DNA of 64,000 bases from a virus: IMG/VR virus record IMGVR_UViG_3300045921_000146, positions 33,515-97,514 of that record. One strand, written 5' to 3'. Under the pieces are notes generated by a model, which had not been told where the DNA came from, did no database searches, and was given only the letters and a program-made list of their open reading frames with translations. Each line of letters begins with the position of its first letter. The first letter of the stretch is position 1. Both the position numbers and the translations under genes were made by a program. Positions 1 to 9,997 of the stretch are shown piece by piece.

Positions 1-554
1 TAAGTACCTAAAGTTTTAGTACTAGCAAGGTACATATCTTTATTTTCTTTGGTCCACTTACCGCCAGCGGCTAACACTTCGTTTTTTAATTCGTCTTGGG
101 CGTTATCTGCCCATTCGCCCAGCTCTCTAACCGCTATCTCTTTAAGGCCAAATGGCGGCTCCTCATCTACAGTATGTTTCATTAGAATAGTGTCAGCTTT
201 GATGTGTAAGTCGAGAACCGCTCCCCCATTTCTGCTGTAGACAATACAATCGTAAACAATATTGTGACCAATAACTCCACGAGAAATGAGAGTATTATCT
301 AACCATTTAATAATAGAAGATTCTTCGGAGGTTGACCAAAACTTAGATCCGTCTGGATTTCTAATGGGGATGTAGAAAGCTTTTTGATCGGTAAAGCAAA
401 TACCTATTCCGAACAAGTCTGCTTTTACTTCTTCAACGCTATTAGTTTCAACGTCAAATACTACAGGTAGTTGCGGATCTGTGGCAGCTTCATAAGACTT
501 TAGTCGCTCAAACAACGACCAGTTAGTAATTAAGTATGTTTGGAAACTGTGCAT
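1..554 (-). CDS. DNA polymerase family A, N-terminal 3'-5' exonuclease domain (runs off the window start)
   Basis: Not in ORF track; my translation from ATG at 554: MHSFQTYLITNW...VVFDVETNS (ExoI)...VIGHNIVYD (ExoII)...ADTILMKHTVDEEPPFGLKEIA, typical of Pol A proofreading domains. Confidence 0.85.
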   Translation of the reverse strand, partial: MHSFQTYLITNWSLFERLKSYEAATDPQLPVVFDVETNSVEEVKADLFGIGICFTDQKAFYIPIRNPDGSKFWSTSEESSIIKWLDNTLISRGVIGHNIVYDCIVYSRNGGAVLDLHIKADTILMKHTVDEEPPFGLKEIAVRELGEWADNAQDELKNEVLAAGGKWTKENKDMYLASTKTLGT

Positions 555-829
555 CTAGACCTCGGATAATAAATATACTTAAGTATAACCAAAATAAACA
601 ACGTGTTCAAGGTTAAATTAAAAAATATTACCGGATCTAGTCCGTGAGTAAAATAAATATAAGGCATAGTGAATATCTCACCAGCCAACCAAATCCACAT
701 AAAAGGTCTAGAAATGCCTTCTCCGTGGCCCTGCTTGTAACATAAGTACGCTTGTGGTAAACTGCATACAGCGAAGCATATGGCCCCTAACCAACCTATA
801 ACCTCAATCATTAGAAGTATCTCCAGCAT
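530..829 (-). CDS. PQ-loop / SemiSWEET-like small membrane transporter
   Basis: IGWLGAICFAVCSLPQAY...GEGIS motif, three hydrophobic helices. Confidence 0.8.
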   Translation of the reverse strand: MLEILLMIEVIGWLGAICFAVCSLPQAYLCYKQGHGEGISRPFMWIWLAGEIFTMPYIYFTHGLDPVIFFNLTLNTLFILVILKYIYYPRSRCTVSKHT

Positions 830-1607
830 TAGGGATGTCTAAAGGCTCAATAACTAATCTATCGTCTTCTGGCTCAGGCTTAATTTCTCTAATAACTATT
901 TCCATTTTCTTGGGTGCTGCGCCAATTCTTCCTAGAAGCTTGTCAGCAAGCCTCGTAAGTTTTTTCTGGTCCACTTGTTGAGTAAGGTGGTGTTGTCTAA
1001 TTTTCCTCAAAGTGCCTCGTTTTTTTGGGTGGACTATTCTGTCAGCCAGTCCCAACTGCACACATTCTTCAGCACTCAAAAACAAATCTCTCTTGCAGGC
1101 TTCGTGCCAAAAGTTTTTAGGCATACGAGAATTATCTTCAAATATTTGCTCCATCTTTTCTTGCTGGTAACCAGATTCTTCTATGTTAATTTTGGTATCT
1201 AACATTGTACCAGACATCTCAGTACTAACAGCATGAATCATAACTCTACTATTAGGGTAAAGATATCTTTCATCGCAGCCACACATAATAATTGTAGCTG
1301 CGCTCATAATAGCACCTTTACCATAAAACTTAATTTGACAACTACTATTTTGAATAACATCATACAAAGCCAGCATAGGGTAGATATCCCCTCCGTAAGA
1401 ATTCATGTGAATTTCTATAGGAGTTTTTGGTCTATCTTGAGACATTCTTTCTATGGCTCTTATAGCAAATTCAACAGAGTTTTGAGTTACGTCTCCGATA
1501 TCCTCACTGTCGGAAGATAAAAGATGAGTTCCAAAATGAATCTTCCTATTTAGTTCGTCTATTCCATAAACTAAATAATTTTCTAACTCTGTCTTAGCTC
1601 TAGACAT
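804..1607 (-). CDS. clpP: ClpP-family serine protease with C-terminal extension
   Basis: IEIHMNSYGGD, GAIMSAA (Ser), SRVMIH (His), RDLFLSAEECVQLGLADRI motifs. Confidence 0.85.
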   Translation of the reverse strand: MSRAKTELENYLVYGIDELNRKIHFGTHLLSSDSEDIGDVTQNSVEFAIRAIERMSQDRPKTPIEIHMNSYGGDIYPMLALYDVIQNSSCQIKFYGKGAIMSAATIIMCGCDERYLYPNSRVMIHAVSTEMSGTMLDTKINIEESGYQQEKMEQIFEDNSRMPKNFWHEACKRDLFLSAEECVQLGLADRIVHPKKRGTLRKIRQHHLTQQVDQKKLTRLADKLLGRIGAAPKKMEIVIREIKPEPEDDRLVIEPLDIPNAGDTSND

Positions 1608-1611
1608 ATAA

Positions 1612-2238
1612 CTACTCTGTTAGTTGTTTTAATTTCGCTTTCATTTTTAAATAAACTTCAGCACACAACTTAGCGTCTTCTGCGGCTGTGTGCAAATTTC
1701 TATTGGTAACATCAATGCCAAGACTCAAGGCTAGTTTTTGTAGTCCTGAACCTTTAACATTAATATTGTTGTTGGATAATAGACCAACATCAGCAAAAAA
1801 CAGACCTAAACTTGCAGTATCTAGTATCTTATAGCTAACTATGTCATGTAAGCCTGACAAGTTATTTCTACTCATAGCAGCTTCAATAAATTTTATATCG
1901 AAGGCTACGTTTTGTCCACAAAAATGTAAGGGTCCGTCTACTTTACTTCTCATATCCAACAACCAGTCACAAAATTCTTCGATAACAATTTTCTCTTCCT
2001 GTTGAATAAAGTCTCTTTCTACGGCGTCCATTCTAGGCTTTCTCAGAGAAAGTTTGTTTACCGCTAGAGCACCTAAACTTACAGTAAGTCCGGCAGCTTG
2101 TTGTTTTCTCATAGAAACGGCAGCATTATAATTACTTACTAACTCGTCGTCGCAATACAAGTAGGCGGCCAGCTCTACTATACCGTTACATTTACTATCA
2201 ATCCCAGTAGTTTCGGTATCAATAAAAATAATATTCAT
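1612..2238 (-). CDS. DEDDh 3'-5' exonuclease (DnaQ/RNase T-like)
   Basis: IDTETTG, GQNVAFD, LHTAAEDA motifs. Confidence 0.9.
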   Translation of the reverse strand: MNIIFIDTETTGIDSKCNGIVELAAYLYCDDELVSNYNAAVSMRKQQAAGLTVSLGALAVNKLSLRKPRMDAVERDFIQQEEKIVIEEFCDWLLDMRSKVDGPLHFCGQNVAFDIKFIEAAMSRNNLSGLHDIVSYKILDTASLGLFFADVGLLSNNNINVKGSGLQKLALSLGIDVTNRNLHTAAEDAKLCAEVYLKMKAKLKQLTE

Positions 2239-2559
2239 TTATTCCTCACTAGGCTTACTAAGTTCTTTATAAATTCTAAAAGATGGACGTTTAGAATTAG
2301 GTTCTTCCTTTTTATTTGGAAAAGCAATAAAACTAACGGTAACTTTACCTTCGTTGTCAAGACTAGAATCTTCAATTAACTTTAGTAATTCAGACTTTGG
2401 AATTTTAAATCTAATATTCATATACTTAGATTGACTCTTAGTAGTGTTCTCCCAAATTGCGCCAACTTCGGGTCTTTCTGACCGTTTCTTTTGGATGTCT
2501 TCATAACTGCCCTCTTGTTTGGGGCCCAGGCTCACTCCAAATGTAGGTTTATTTACCAT
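2239..2559 (-). CDS. hypothetical protein, DUF736-like beta protein
   Basis: EVGAIWENTTKS..KYMNI..AFPNK...RPSFRIY pattern. Confidence 0.4.
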   Translation of the reverse strand: MVNKPTFGVSLGPKQEGSYEDIQKKRSERPEVGAIWENTTKSQSKYMNIRFKIPKSELLKLIEDSSLDNEGKVTVSFIAFPNKKEEPNSKRPSFRIYKELSKPSEE

Positions 2560-3016
2560 TTAATACCTCCTTAATTACAGTATTAATATCATTAAATACA
2601 ACATCAGCCAAGGGCACTTGAAAAAACAACTCACCCTTATAAACGTATTTATTCGGTACTTCCACTAGAGGAGAAGCGAGTAAAGTTTTATCCTTAATAA
2701 CTAAATAATCCGTTTGATCTTCATTGAACATTACAAATAAAGTCGGAACTTCTAGTCCAGTAAATTTTTTCTTTCTTTCTGGAATTTGAACACTGTCGTA
2801 TTTAAAGTTTGACCCTTTCCAAACTTTCTTAATTTCAGTTTCTATGTTTAGAACGTGTTGTCCTTTATTATATACTAAAAGATCCACACCAGTCTTTTTA
2901 GAATTTTCCTCAATCTTAAACTTACGTTTATCAATAATTTTCCTGACGGTAGACTTGGCTAGTTCGTCATTTATTCTATAGAGTTCTGGGTCAAATCTTT
3001 TTCTTATACTTGACAT
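2549..3016 (-). CDS. putative PD-(D/E)XK-like endonuclease
   Basis: VDLL...IETEIKKVW motif. Confidence 0.5.
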   Translation of the reverse strand: MSSIRKRFDPELYRINDELAKSTVRKIIDKRKFKIEENSKKTGVDLLVYNKGQHVLNIETEIKKVWKGSNFKYDSVQIPERKKKFTGLEVPTLFVMFNEDQTDYLVIKDKTLLASPLVEVPNKYVYKGELFFQVPLADVVFNDINTVIKEVLNGK

Positions 3017-3035
3017 TTATCCTCACTTCCTTAAC

Positions 3036-4256
3036 TTAATCTTTTTCCGGTCGGAATCTGCAAAAGCTTGGATGCCTGAGCGAACCATCTGGAGTCTTTT
3101 CAAAATACCTGATCTCAACTGTCTTGCCGATAAAGTCATTTGGTGATTCGGCCATTTCTTTTCTAGTAATATCATCAAAGCCAGTACCAACACGAACGGA
3201 GACACCAGCATTATCAACAACCACACCGCCTGCCATACCTTTAAACTTACCTTCTCCCTCATATATATCAGTGATAACTAAATCCAGTGTAGTGTAAGGC
3301 TTTAGTTTAACCATCTCTCCTGTGGATAGCGTGACCCGTTTCCATTGATAGGAACCATTCACATTCTTTATCATAACTCCTTCATAACCTTCTTGCAAAT
3401 ACTTTTTATATATCTCCAACGCCTCGCCTGGAGTGTCACATTCATGGCTAGGAGTGTCTATAATCTTAGCATAATCACATATAGTATCATTTAATAGTTC
3501 TCTAGCTCTGTTTAATCTAGTTTTATAGCTAGGAGTTTTACTTTGTTTGAACCAAGAGTCCTCGCCTACACAATCATAAACGTAATACTTTAAATTATTA
3601 GGTAATTTAGCATCTTCTGCATTAAGAATCTTAGTTAAAGAGTTGAAGTTTATGCCGTGGACGTATAATTCTCCGTCAAGCACATAACCTTTAACTGATT
3701 CCAAGCTATTAAAGTAAGGTTGTAAATTTTTATTTCCGAATGGTTTACCTGCCCTACTAAACAACTTACCTTTGATGTAAAGGCATCTATAACCGTCTAA
3801 TTTAGGTTGAACTACACAAGGGTAATGTACCGAAGCCAGGTCTGGAATTTTGTTAGGGGCTAACATTAAGTCGAATTTTGGTACTAGGTTGGGCCAAACT
3901 TTATTTATAGTTTTAGCACCTACACCTATGGAGGATTTAGATATGACCTTAGCAAACAACTTGGCGTATTCTTCAGGTTGACTCTCAAGAAAATCTTTAA
4001 CTTCTTTCTTAGCTTCATTACCCACTAAGGTTTTTTTGCTTAATTTTTCGCATAATTGGAAAAATTTTTTAAAGCATACGACCCCGCTTTTATTAAGCTC
4101 AAAGTCGGGTAGCTTATTCATATGAAATAGGGTGTAAGGGTCTAGTGCTAGTTTTAGGACTAGCTTAAAATTTTCATTGTCTGAGTTTAATTTCAATATC
4201 TCAGCTTTTCGTACTACGGAGTTTGTGGCTTCGAGTTCTTGGAATATCTGATACAC
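3036..4256 (-). CDS. ATP-dependent DNA ligase
   Basis: QPKLDGYR (KxDG), LDGELY, EGVMIK, GSLRHPSF motifs; GTG start. Confidence 0.95.
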   Translation of the reverse strand: MYQIFQELEATNSVVRKAEILKLNSDNENFKLVLKLALDPYTLFHMNKLPDFELNKSGVVCFKKFFQLCEKLSKKTLVGNEAKKEVKDFLESQPEEYAKLFAKVISKSSIGVGAKTINKVWPNLVPKFDLMLAPNKIPDLASVHYPCVVQPKLDGYRCLYIKGKLFSRAGKPFGNKNLQPYFNSLESVKGYVLDGELYVHGINFNSLTKILNAEDAKLPNNLKYYVYDCVGEDSWFKQSKTPSYKTRLNRARELLNDTICDYAKIIDTPSHECDTPGEALEIYKKYLQEGYEGVMIKNVNGSYQWKRVTLSTGEMVKLKPYTTLDLVITDIYEGEGKFKGMAGGVVVDNAGVSVRVGTGFDDITRKEMAESPNDFIGKTVEIRYFEKTPDGSLRHPSFCRFRPEKD

Positions 4257-4257
4257 A

Positions 4258-7200
4258 TTAGCCTCCTGTCTTGGCTGCGTACTTAGACTTTAGATACTCC
4301 TTCTCCTCTTTTTGCCCTCTAGTCTCTTCATATAGAGCCAGCTCATCTTCATCCATGTCTCTAATAATACCTTTAGAACCATCCCAATGCAAAACTTGCT
4401 CTAATTGTTGCCCCATACGGTTTTTAGCTAGGTAAAGTCGCATAACATCGTCTCGTACAGGGTCGCCCTCAAAAGGCCGCCACACAGTAACCACATTCGT
4501 TGCAGACTCTTCCCAGTCTCCAGACTCCTTAGCGGCTCTCTTAGTTCTTAGAGGAGTACAACTGTCCCCTACTTGGCGAGATACTTGAGAGATATACAAC
4601 CAAGCAGCATTAGTGTCCACAGCTACTCCAGTAGAGCCTAGAGCGTTAGCTCTGGCCTGAGAGTAGGAATCCTTAAACTCCCCAGTAATACGAGAAGCAT
4701 AGTCTACTAGCACTAATTTTACATCTACACCATTCTTATCTTGAATGTCTAGTACCTTGTCTCGCATTTGTTGAAGGGTCAACGTACTATTAAAGTCAAA
4801 GAACGTCATTCCGTATTTTTCAGCAATAACGGCTCGAATTTCATCCATCTTGTCTTTCTGTCTAGTTTGAAAGATATGAAGAATCTGTTTTTGGCTATAG
4901 TTAGTCAACTTTTGAGCTAATTTTAGGTACACAAGATTTTGATGCATATCTAAACTAAAAAATACGGTATGTTGACCTAGAGCATTGGCTCTTTCCATTA
5001 TATTTAGCCCTAGAGTAGTCTTACCACTATTATGAGTTATAGTGAAATCTTCAAGTAGGTATAAATTATCTCCGTCAACGTGGAAACCAAAATACTCTTC
5101 TTGCTCTGCTACTTTGTGTACTTGGAATCCAGTCTTTAAGACATCTTTAGTATGCTGCCGTTTAGTAGCTTTTTTTCTATGCAGCTTAGTAGGTATCTCA
5201 CTAACGTCTCCGCTAATACTGACTTTATAATATAAACCAGATTTACCAGTTTGACTAGATTTCGTACACGGAGTCAAATAAGCGGCGAAACCTAAGCTTC
5301 TGCTCAGAAAAACTATATCTTCAGCTAAAGTTTTTCTTTTTTGAATTATATCAAAGCAATTAGTATTTAAATGTCCATCAGTATCCAATAGACCTGCCAG
5401 CAATTCTAGTCTTTGATGTCTACTAGCCGTCTTAAAATCGTGTGGAATGTGTTTATTATTAACTAGACCATAAAATCTCAAATTATTTAAAAATTTTGCG
5501 GTTTTGCTAGAGACTGAGTAGTTGGTAATTGTATTTTTAACGGGTTGTTCTGCAAACTGTAAACCTTGGGAATGACAGTACTGTTTTACATAGTCTATAA
5601 GTTCTCTGTCTAGGAAAGTAAATGTTGATCCCGAAGAGTGTCCATCTCCCAACCAGATACCTAACATATAAGGGTCTACCTTAAGTTCTTTTTCTGGAAA
5701 ATCTACACCAGTTCTAACTAGTTTTCTACCAGTATTTTTTGAAGTTTGTCTTCGTGCCAACAATTCATTAATAGTTAAATGTTGCCAATTATTGTGCGAG
5801 TTTAAATGACTCAACACATGATTACCATTTACGTAAAATGCGGAGCCTTTTACAGGAGTCACTTTATACATGGCATCTATTCCACGGCAAAGTTGTAATA
5901 CTGTCCTAGGTTTAGAATCTGGCCCCATAAGTTTGTCATTAATTTCAATGTCCTCTACTTTCTTAATTGTACCATCGTACATCAAAACTTTCTCACCTTT
6001 TCGATGGCAGCCCGATGCTCCCACAATAAGAGTAGTAGTGCCTACGGAAATATTCATATTCTTATCAATAAACTCAATACCTGTTCTAACACTATTGCGA
6101 TCAAAATTTTCTGCGAAGTTTCTGAAGTTATCAAAAACATCACTAATTTGAACAGGTTCGTCTCTTTTAGTAGACGACGTGTGTAGGGAGCATTTTTTTT
6201 CAGTAAATCGGTCACAGGCTAGGCAGTATTTCTTCAAAAGAGAGTTTTCGGCATCTGTGCCTGTAGCTCCAGGTACTTGTTTCCAAGTATCACTATAAAC
6301 GCTATTAATTACCGTATTCCATATTTCTTCTTTCGTGACTGGACCTGACTCAGGGTATAATCTAAAGTTTTCTCTAGCAACACCTTTAAGAGTGTTGTAG
6401 CAGACTTCTTTAGTCATACCTTGATTGCGATAGTAAGCCGCTAAACGAAAGAACAAGTGATTTCTTTCTCCTGGAGCCATAACTCCATGAGACAGCGCAT
6501 AAAGGCATCTAGGCATACCTTTGGGCATTTTAGAAAAGTCAATCTGATCTAGTCCTCTAATTCCATCGACATCTTCTACATCAACTTCTACTGGTTTAGC
6601 TAGGGGCGAAAAACTGCCTTCGTACTTCTTTAGGAAGTCTAAATTTTTTACTGGAGTAAGTTCATACTCTGGATATTCTACTGGAGTTTTAGCTTTATCT
6701 CTAATTTGTTCTACAGAGAGATTAAGAATGTCGTCTGGAGAAATTTCAATTTTATACAATCCAGACTCTTGGTGTTTAGTATTAACTAAACGGATAAGTC
6801 TGGTAGTATTATAGACTGAGGTATCAAAAGTTTTTAAATCTACAGCAAGATTAGCGCATATAGGTTTAAGTTCTTCTGGTTTGAAGTGTCGGTCTACTAA
6901 GACTTCTACATGAAAACCTTTATTGCCGGAAAAGAACACTCGGCAAGAATTAGCTACATCAACACCCTCATTAGCCAGCCTTTCAAGTAAAGTGCAAGCG
7001 TCATCTTTAGCTTGTTCAGGGTCTAATTTGCTATCGAAGTCAAAAAGAAGTCTGTTAGTGTAAGCAGACCCCTTATAACCTTTCATGGACTGATGCGTGT
7101 CCCAGTGAGTTTTTGCGTCAGATCCGTAGTAGTAGAGTGAAGAGTACCAATCTTTATTAGTGTTTCCGATCTTTTGTAATAGCTTATCTTTTTTCCTGAT

Positions 7201-7308
7201 TACGTCTACTTCTACCAGCTCACCTTTAGTTGAAACTGTTTCACATAGACGAACCCAAAAAGGACCATTCAAGGCTTCGTTTTGTTGACTGACTTGCATA
7301 CTCTTCAC
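4258..7308 (-). CDS. AEP-type primase fused to DnaB-like helicase, interrupted by an intein
   Basis: LLFDFD and FFSGNKGFH (AEP motifs); PriCT-like GERNHLFFRLA; split Walker A GASG/SGKTT; LVDY Walker B; LAKNRMG. Confidence 0.9.
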   Translation of the reverse strand: MKSMQVSQQNEALNGPFWVRLCETVSTKGELVEVDVIRKKDKLLQKIGNTNKDWYSSLYYYGSDAKTHWDTHQSMKGYKGSAYTNRLLFDFDSKLDPEQAKDDACTLLERLANEGVDVANSCRVFFSGNKGFHVEVLVDRHFKPEELKPICANLAVDLKTFDTSVYNTTRLIRLVNTKHQESGLYKIEISPDDILNLSVEQIRDKAKTPVEYPEYELTPVKNLDFLKKYEGSFSPLAKPVEVDVEDVDGIRGLDQIDFSKMPKGMPRCLYALSHGVMAPGERNHLFFRLAAYYRNQGMTKEVCYNTLKGVARENFRLYPESGPVTKEEIWNTVINSVYSDTWKQVPGATGTDAENSLLKKYCLACDRFTEKKCSLHTSSTKRDEPVQISDVFDNFRNFAENFDRNSVRTGIEFIDKNMNISVGTTTLIVGASGCHRKGEKVLMYDGTIKKVEDIEINDKLMGPDSKPRTVLQLCRGIDAMYKVTPVKGSAFYVNGNHVLSHLNSHNNWQHLTINELLARRQTSKNTGRKLVRTGVDFPEKELKVDPYMLGIWLGDGHSSGSTFTFLDRELIDYVKQYCHSQGLQFAEQPVKNTITNYSVSSKTAKFLNNLRFYGLVNNKHIPHDFKTASRHQRLELLAGLLDTDGHLNTNCFDIIQKRKTLAEDIVFLSRSLGFAAYLTPCTKSSQTGKSGLYYKVSISGDVSEIPTKLHRKKATKRQHTKDVLKTGFQVHKVAEQEEYFGFHVDGDNLYLLEDFTITHNSGKTTLGLNIMERANALGQHTVFFSLDMHQNLVYLKLAQKLTNYSQKQILHIFQTRQKDKMDEIRAVIAEKYGMTFFDFNSTLTLQQMRDKVLDIQDKNGVDVKLVLVDYASRITGEFKDSYSQARANALGSTGVAVDTNAAWLYISQVSRQVGDSCTPLRTKRAAKESGDWEESATNVVTVWRPFEGDPVRDDVMRLYLAKNRMGQQLEQVLHWDGSKGIIRDMDEDELALYEETRGQKEEKEYLKSKYAAKTGG
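5029..6009 (-). mobile_element. Intein (327 aa) with LAGLIDADG homing endonuclease, inserted in helicase P-loop
   Basis: Starts CHRKGEKVLMYDG, ends DFTITHN followed by Ser; internal LGIWLGDG and LAGLLDTDG blocks. Confidence 0.95.
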
Positions 7309-7343
7309 TCCCTATCAAAAAACCTGTTCAAAAGCAATTTAAA

Positions 7344-7583
7344 TTAGTCTTTAAGTGTTGCAGTAAAAGAAACTTGTGGAGCCTTTGGGTTCTCGCCTGG
7401 GGGAGAGAAAAAGACTGCAAAGTTCTCTACAACGTGCTGATTGCCAGCTTGGTCTTCGACCAATAACTTTACAGGGTTCTTACGGTCCCCTCCAGTTACA
7501 GCCGAAATGTATTCTTGAGTTTGACCTGTCTTTTTGTCAGTAAACTCTCGAAGCCAGCCTACAGCGAATTGTACTTTACTCAT
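7344..7583 (-). CDS. hypothetical protein (start revised to MSKVQF)
   Basis: AGGAGG upstream of ATG at 7583. Confidence 0.6.
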   Translation of the reverse strand: MSKVQFAVGWLREFTDKKTGQTQEYISAVTGGDRKNPVKLLVEDQAGNQHVVENFAVFFSPPGENPKAPQVSFTATLKD

Positions 7584-7980
7584 GCGCATCCTCCTTTTTG
7601 GATTGTTCTTCTTTGTGTTTTTTAATAATTTCTTCTGAAGTATGGTAAAACAATACAGTAAACATAGCACGAATTGTACTCTGCATCAAGCGAAAAGCCA
7701 TTTTTTCGTCGTCCCCTAGAAGTCGAACTGGTTCTCCGTCTTTAGGGAGGTCGATAGCCGCCAATACTGCCCTCTGCAACGCTTTTTTACCTAGTTTAGG
7801 CATAATATTCGCCAAGTGTTTTCGATTAGCAATAATAGCCATACTTGAGTTTGCTACCAATTCCTCTGGGCTAGGCATAGGAATAGATTTACCTGTTCGT
7901 TGCTCCTCTTGGGCAATAGAAGTGACCTCTGTTAGAATTTCTTTTTTCTCTTGACTTTCTTCTACTTTTAATTCTTCCAT
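7576..7980 (-). CDS. hypothetical protein
   Basis: Tightly packed in the operon, 134 aa. Confidence 0.6.
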   Translation of the reverse strand: MEELKVEESQEKKEILTEVTSIAQEEQRTGKSIPMPSPEELVANSSMAIIANRKHLANIMPKLGKKALQRAVLAAIDLPKDGEPVRLLGDDEKMAFRLMQSTIRAMFTVLFYHTSEEIIKKHKEEQSKKEDAHE

Positions 7981-8618
7981 TAGAAATTTGCCTCCGTTTT
8001 CACAAATTTACGTTGTCCAAAAGTCTTTCTCTCTACAGGAGCTGCCTCTTCTTTTTTAGCTTCTACCTTTGGAGCTTCTACTTTAGTTTCTACTTTTGTA
8101 GGTTCTACGTCAACTTTTTTAATCGGTTTTGAAAAACTTTTTGGTGCGGAAATTGCAGGAGCTGGCACTGTAGATTTAGAGCTATCGCCTCGAACATAAG
8201 AAGCATTTGCACTATCGTTTTCGGGGTCGTCGTTAGACTCCACTAGAAAATTCTTCCAAAGCATATATTTAGTGCTGCCAGTGATAGCCTTATAGATACC
8301 TTTATCTTGTTGGTCTGCGCCTTGTCCTGCGGAACGAACTTCATAACTTTCACCTGTCTCACTATCGACAAAAGTATGTTTAGTGATAACCGTAGTAATA
8401 AGATTCTCGTCGCCTTTTTTTGTAGTACTTTTGGTGACTTCTACTGTGTCTACAGAGCTAAATACAAAGATCCCATGCTTTACTAGCTGAGGTCTAATAA
8501 GTTCAAGCAAATCCGACTCTGTAGTGTACTGGTAGTTAGCAAATTTATTAACTCCAGACTTTTTTACTTTCTGAGCCTCGGACAAGATCAGAACTAATTT
8601 TTTGGCTAATGACTTCAT
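7980..8618 (-). CDS. erf: ERF-family single-strand annealing recombinase
   Basis: KSGVNKFANYQY...GQGADQQDKGIYKAITGSTKY...DDPEND; basic low-complexity tail. Confidence 0.85.
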   Translation of the reverse strand: MKSLAKKLVLILSEAQKVKKSGVNKFANYQYTTESDLLELIRPQLVKHGIFVFSSVDTVEVTKSTTKKGDENLITTVITKHTFVDSETGESYEVRSAGQGADQQDKGIYKAITGSTKYMLWKNFLVESNDDPENDSANASYVRGDSSKSTVPAPAISAPKSFSKPIKKVDVEPTKVETKVEAPKVEAKKEEAAPVERKTFGQRKFVKTEANF

Positions 8619-8627
8619 AATTTCCTC

Positions 8628-9743
8628 CTACTTTTTTACAAGTCCAGTTAAATCGTTTTTATGGCAAGCATTATAATACTGACATCTACTACCGTACCAA
8701 TTCTCGCATTTACTTGTATCTTTGTAAATGATTTTTTGTTTCATGGCAGAAATAATATTACCCATATCCATAAATACACTATTAATTTCTTCTTGACTTT
8801 TTTCTTGGACCATGACTTGTACCTCTGGCTTAGGGACAATCTTCTCGTCCCATTCTCCACCGCAGCGAATACCCTTAATATCAGCATCACAAGTTTTATG
8901 TCTACCATTACGAACATTACCACAAGATTTACAGGTAGCAACTTTTTCTTTGTTGATATTTTTACAAAGAACTACATACCCAACTAAATTAGTGTTGTAC
9001 TCTGGACCCTTCATACCAGCATAAAGAGTCAACTGTGCGCTATGGTCTATCTGGTCTTGGGTGTAGGGTCTGGCGGCAGTTTTTAAGTCAAAGATGATAG
9101 GTTTATCGTAACCTTCAATCTCTAATATCATATCTATAAAACCTTGAATACTGTCTCCAGTTGAGGGGTCTTTAATAAAAGCTTGAGTTTGAGTAGACAA
9201 GACTTTAGTAATCTTAGGGTAAAATTGTTCTTTAAAGGACTCGATCATATAATACCCTTTACGTTTAAGAGAAAGCCATGAAGCTCTATTAAAGAACATT
9301 TTTTGTGCCGAAGTCATTTTTTTGTACGGATTCTTCTTAATTTTAACAATACCTTCATACAAGCTTACCATATCTTGTCTAAGTTTGTATCCACTTTGAT
9401 TGGCGTTGGCGTAAAGTTTTAAATCTAATGCCCAAGTTTTTAATTGGTCTATGTCTGAATCAGTTAGTAACTCTTTGTCAAAATCTGAGTAGCTATACAC
9501 TACTGCTGGATTATCGAAGAATACTATTTGTTTTCCGAAGTGAAACTGCACATCCATAGCTTTTTCGTATTTTTGAATATAGTTTTGGTCGCCTTTGAGC
9601 ATATGTTCAATAGCTCCGTCTAACGCAGAACCAAAGTGTAAACTAGCACCTTGTTCTGGACCTTGTAACTTTTCGTTATATAACCAATTCCAATAAGTCG
9701 GGCAAGAAATATACGTCTGGCTTTGACTGTAAGAACATTTCAT
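8628..9743 (-). CDS. PD-(D/E)XK exonuclease (AddB/Cas4-like)
   Basis: N-terminal YISCP, GFIDMI...IFDLKT, C-terminal C..W...C.Y...C; next to ERF. Confidence 0.85.
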   Translation of the reverse strand: MKCSYSQSQTYISCPTYWNWLYNEKLQGPEQGASLHFGSALDGAIEHMLKGDQNYIQKYEKAMDVQFHFGKQIVFFDNPAVVYSYSDFDKELLTDSDIDQLKTWALDLKLYANANQSGYKLRQDMVSLYEGIVKIKKNPYKKMTSAQKMFFNRASWLSLKRKGYYMIESFKEQFYPKITKVLSTQTQAFIKDPSTGDSIQGFIDMILEIEGYDKPIIFDLKTAARPYTQDQIDHSAQLTLYAGMKGPEYNTNLVGYVVLCKNINKEKVATCKSCGNVRNGRHKTCDADIKGIRCGGEWDEKIVPKPEVQVMVQEKSQEEINSVFMDMGNIISAMKQKIIYKDTSKCENWYGSRCQYYNACHKNDLTGLVKK

Positions 9744-9997
9744 AAATTGTAGTCCTTTATATACCTATCATAAATATGCTGCACATGGAGCCTAAAGGCT
9801 TCTGAATGAGCGTGTTTAAGAAAGTATTTTGTTAGTGTTACTAATCTTACTGCTTCTGTAGCGTCCATATTCATAGAATACATCAACTTTGCTCTTAATA
9901 TATCAAATTCTTCTAATAAAGATATGTAATGTCCGTTTTTTTCTAATTTAGCTACTCTTTTACTGTCTATATGTGTCACTTTTTTATCTCTGTCCAT
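9740..9997 (-). CDS. hypothetical protein
   Basis: Overlapping start/stop in the operon. Confidence 0.55.
   Translation of the reverse strand: MDRDKKVTHIDSKRVAKLEKNGHYISLLEEFDILRAKLMYSMNMDATEAVRLVTLTKYFLKHAHSEAFRLHVQHIYDRYIKDYNL

Noticed and set aside
8628-9743. cas4 as part of a CRISPR-Cas locus
   Set aside because: No cas1/cas2 or array; adjacency to ERF indicates a recombination exonuclease
9984-9997. UDG C-terminus RAYG as another LYG tag
   Set aside because: Lacks the Leu and is fully explained by overlap with the next ATG
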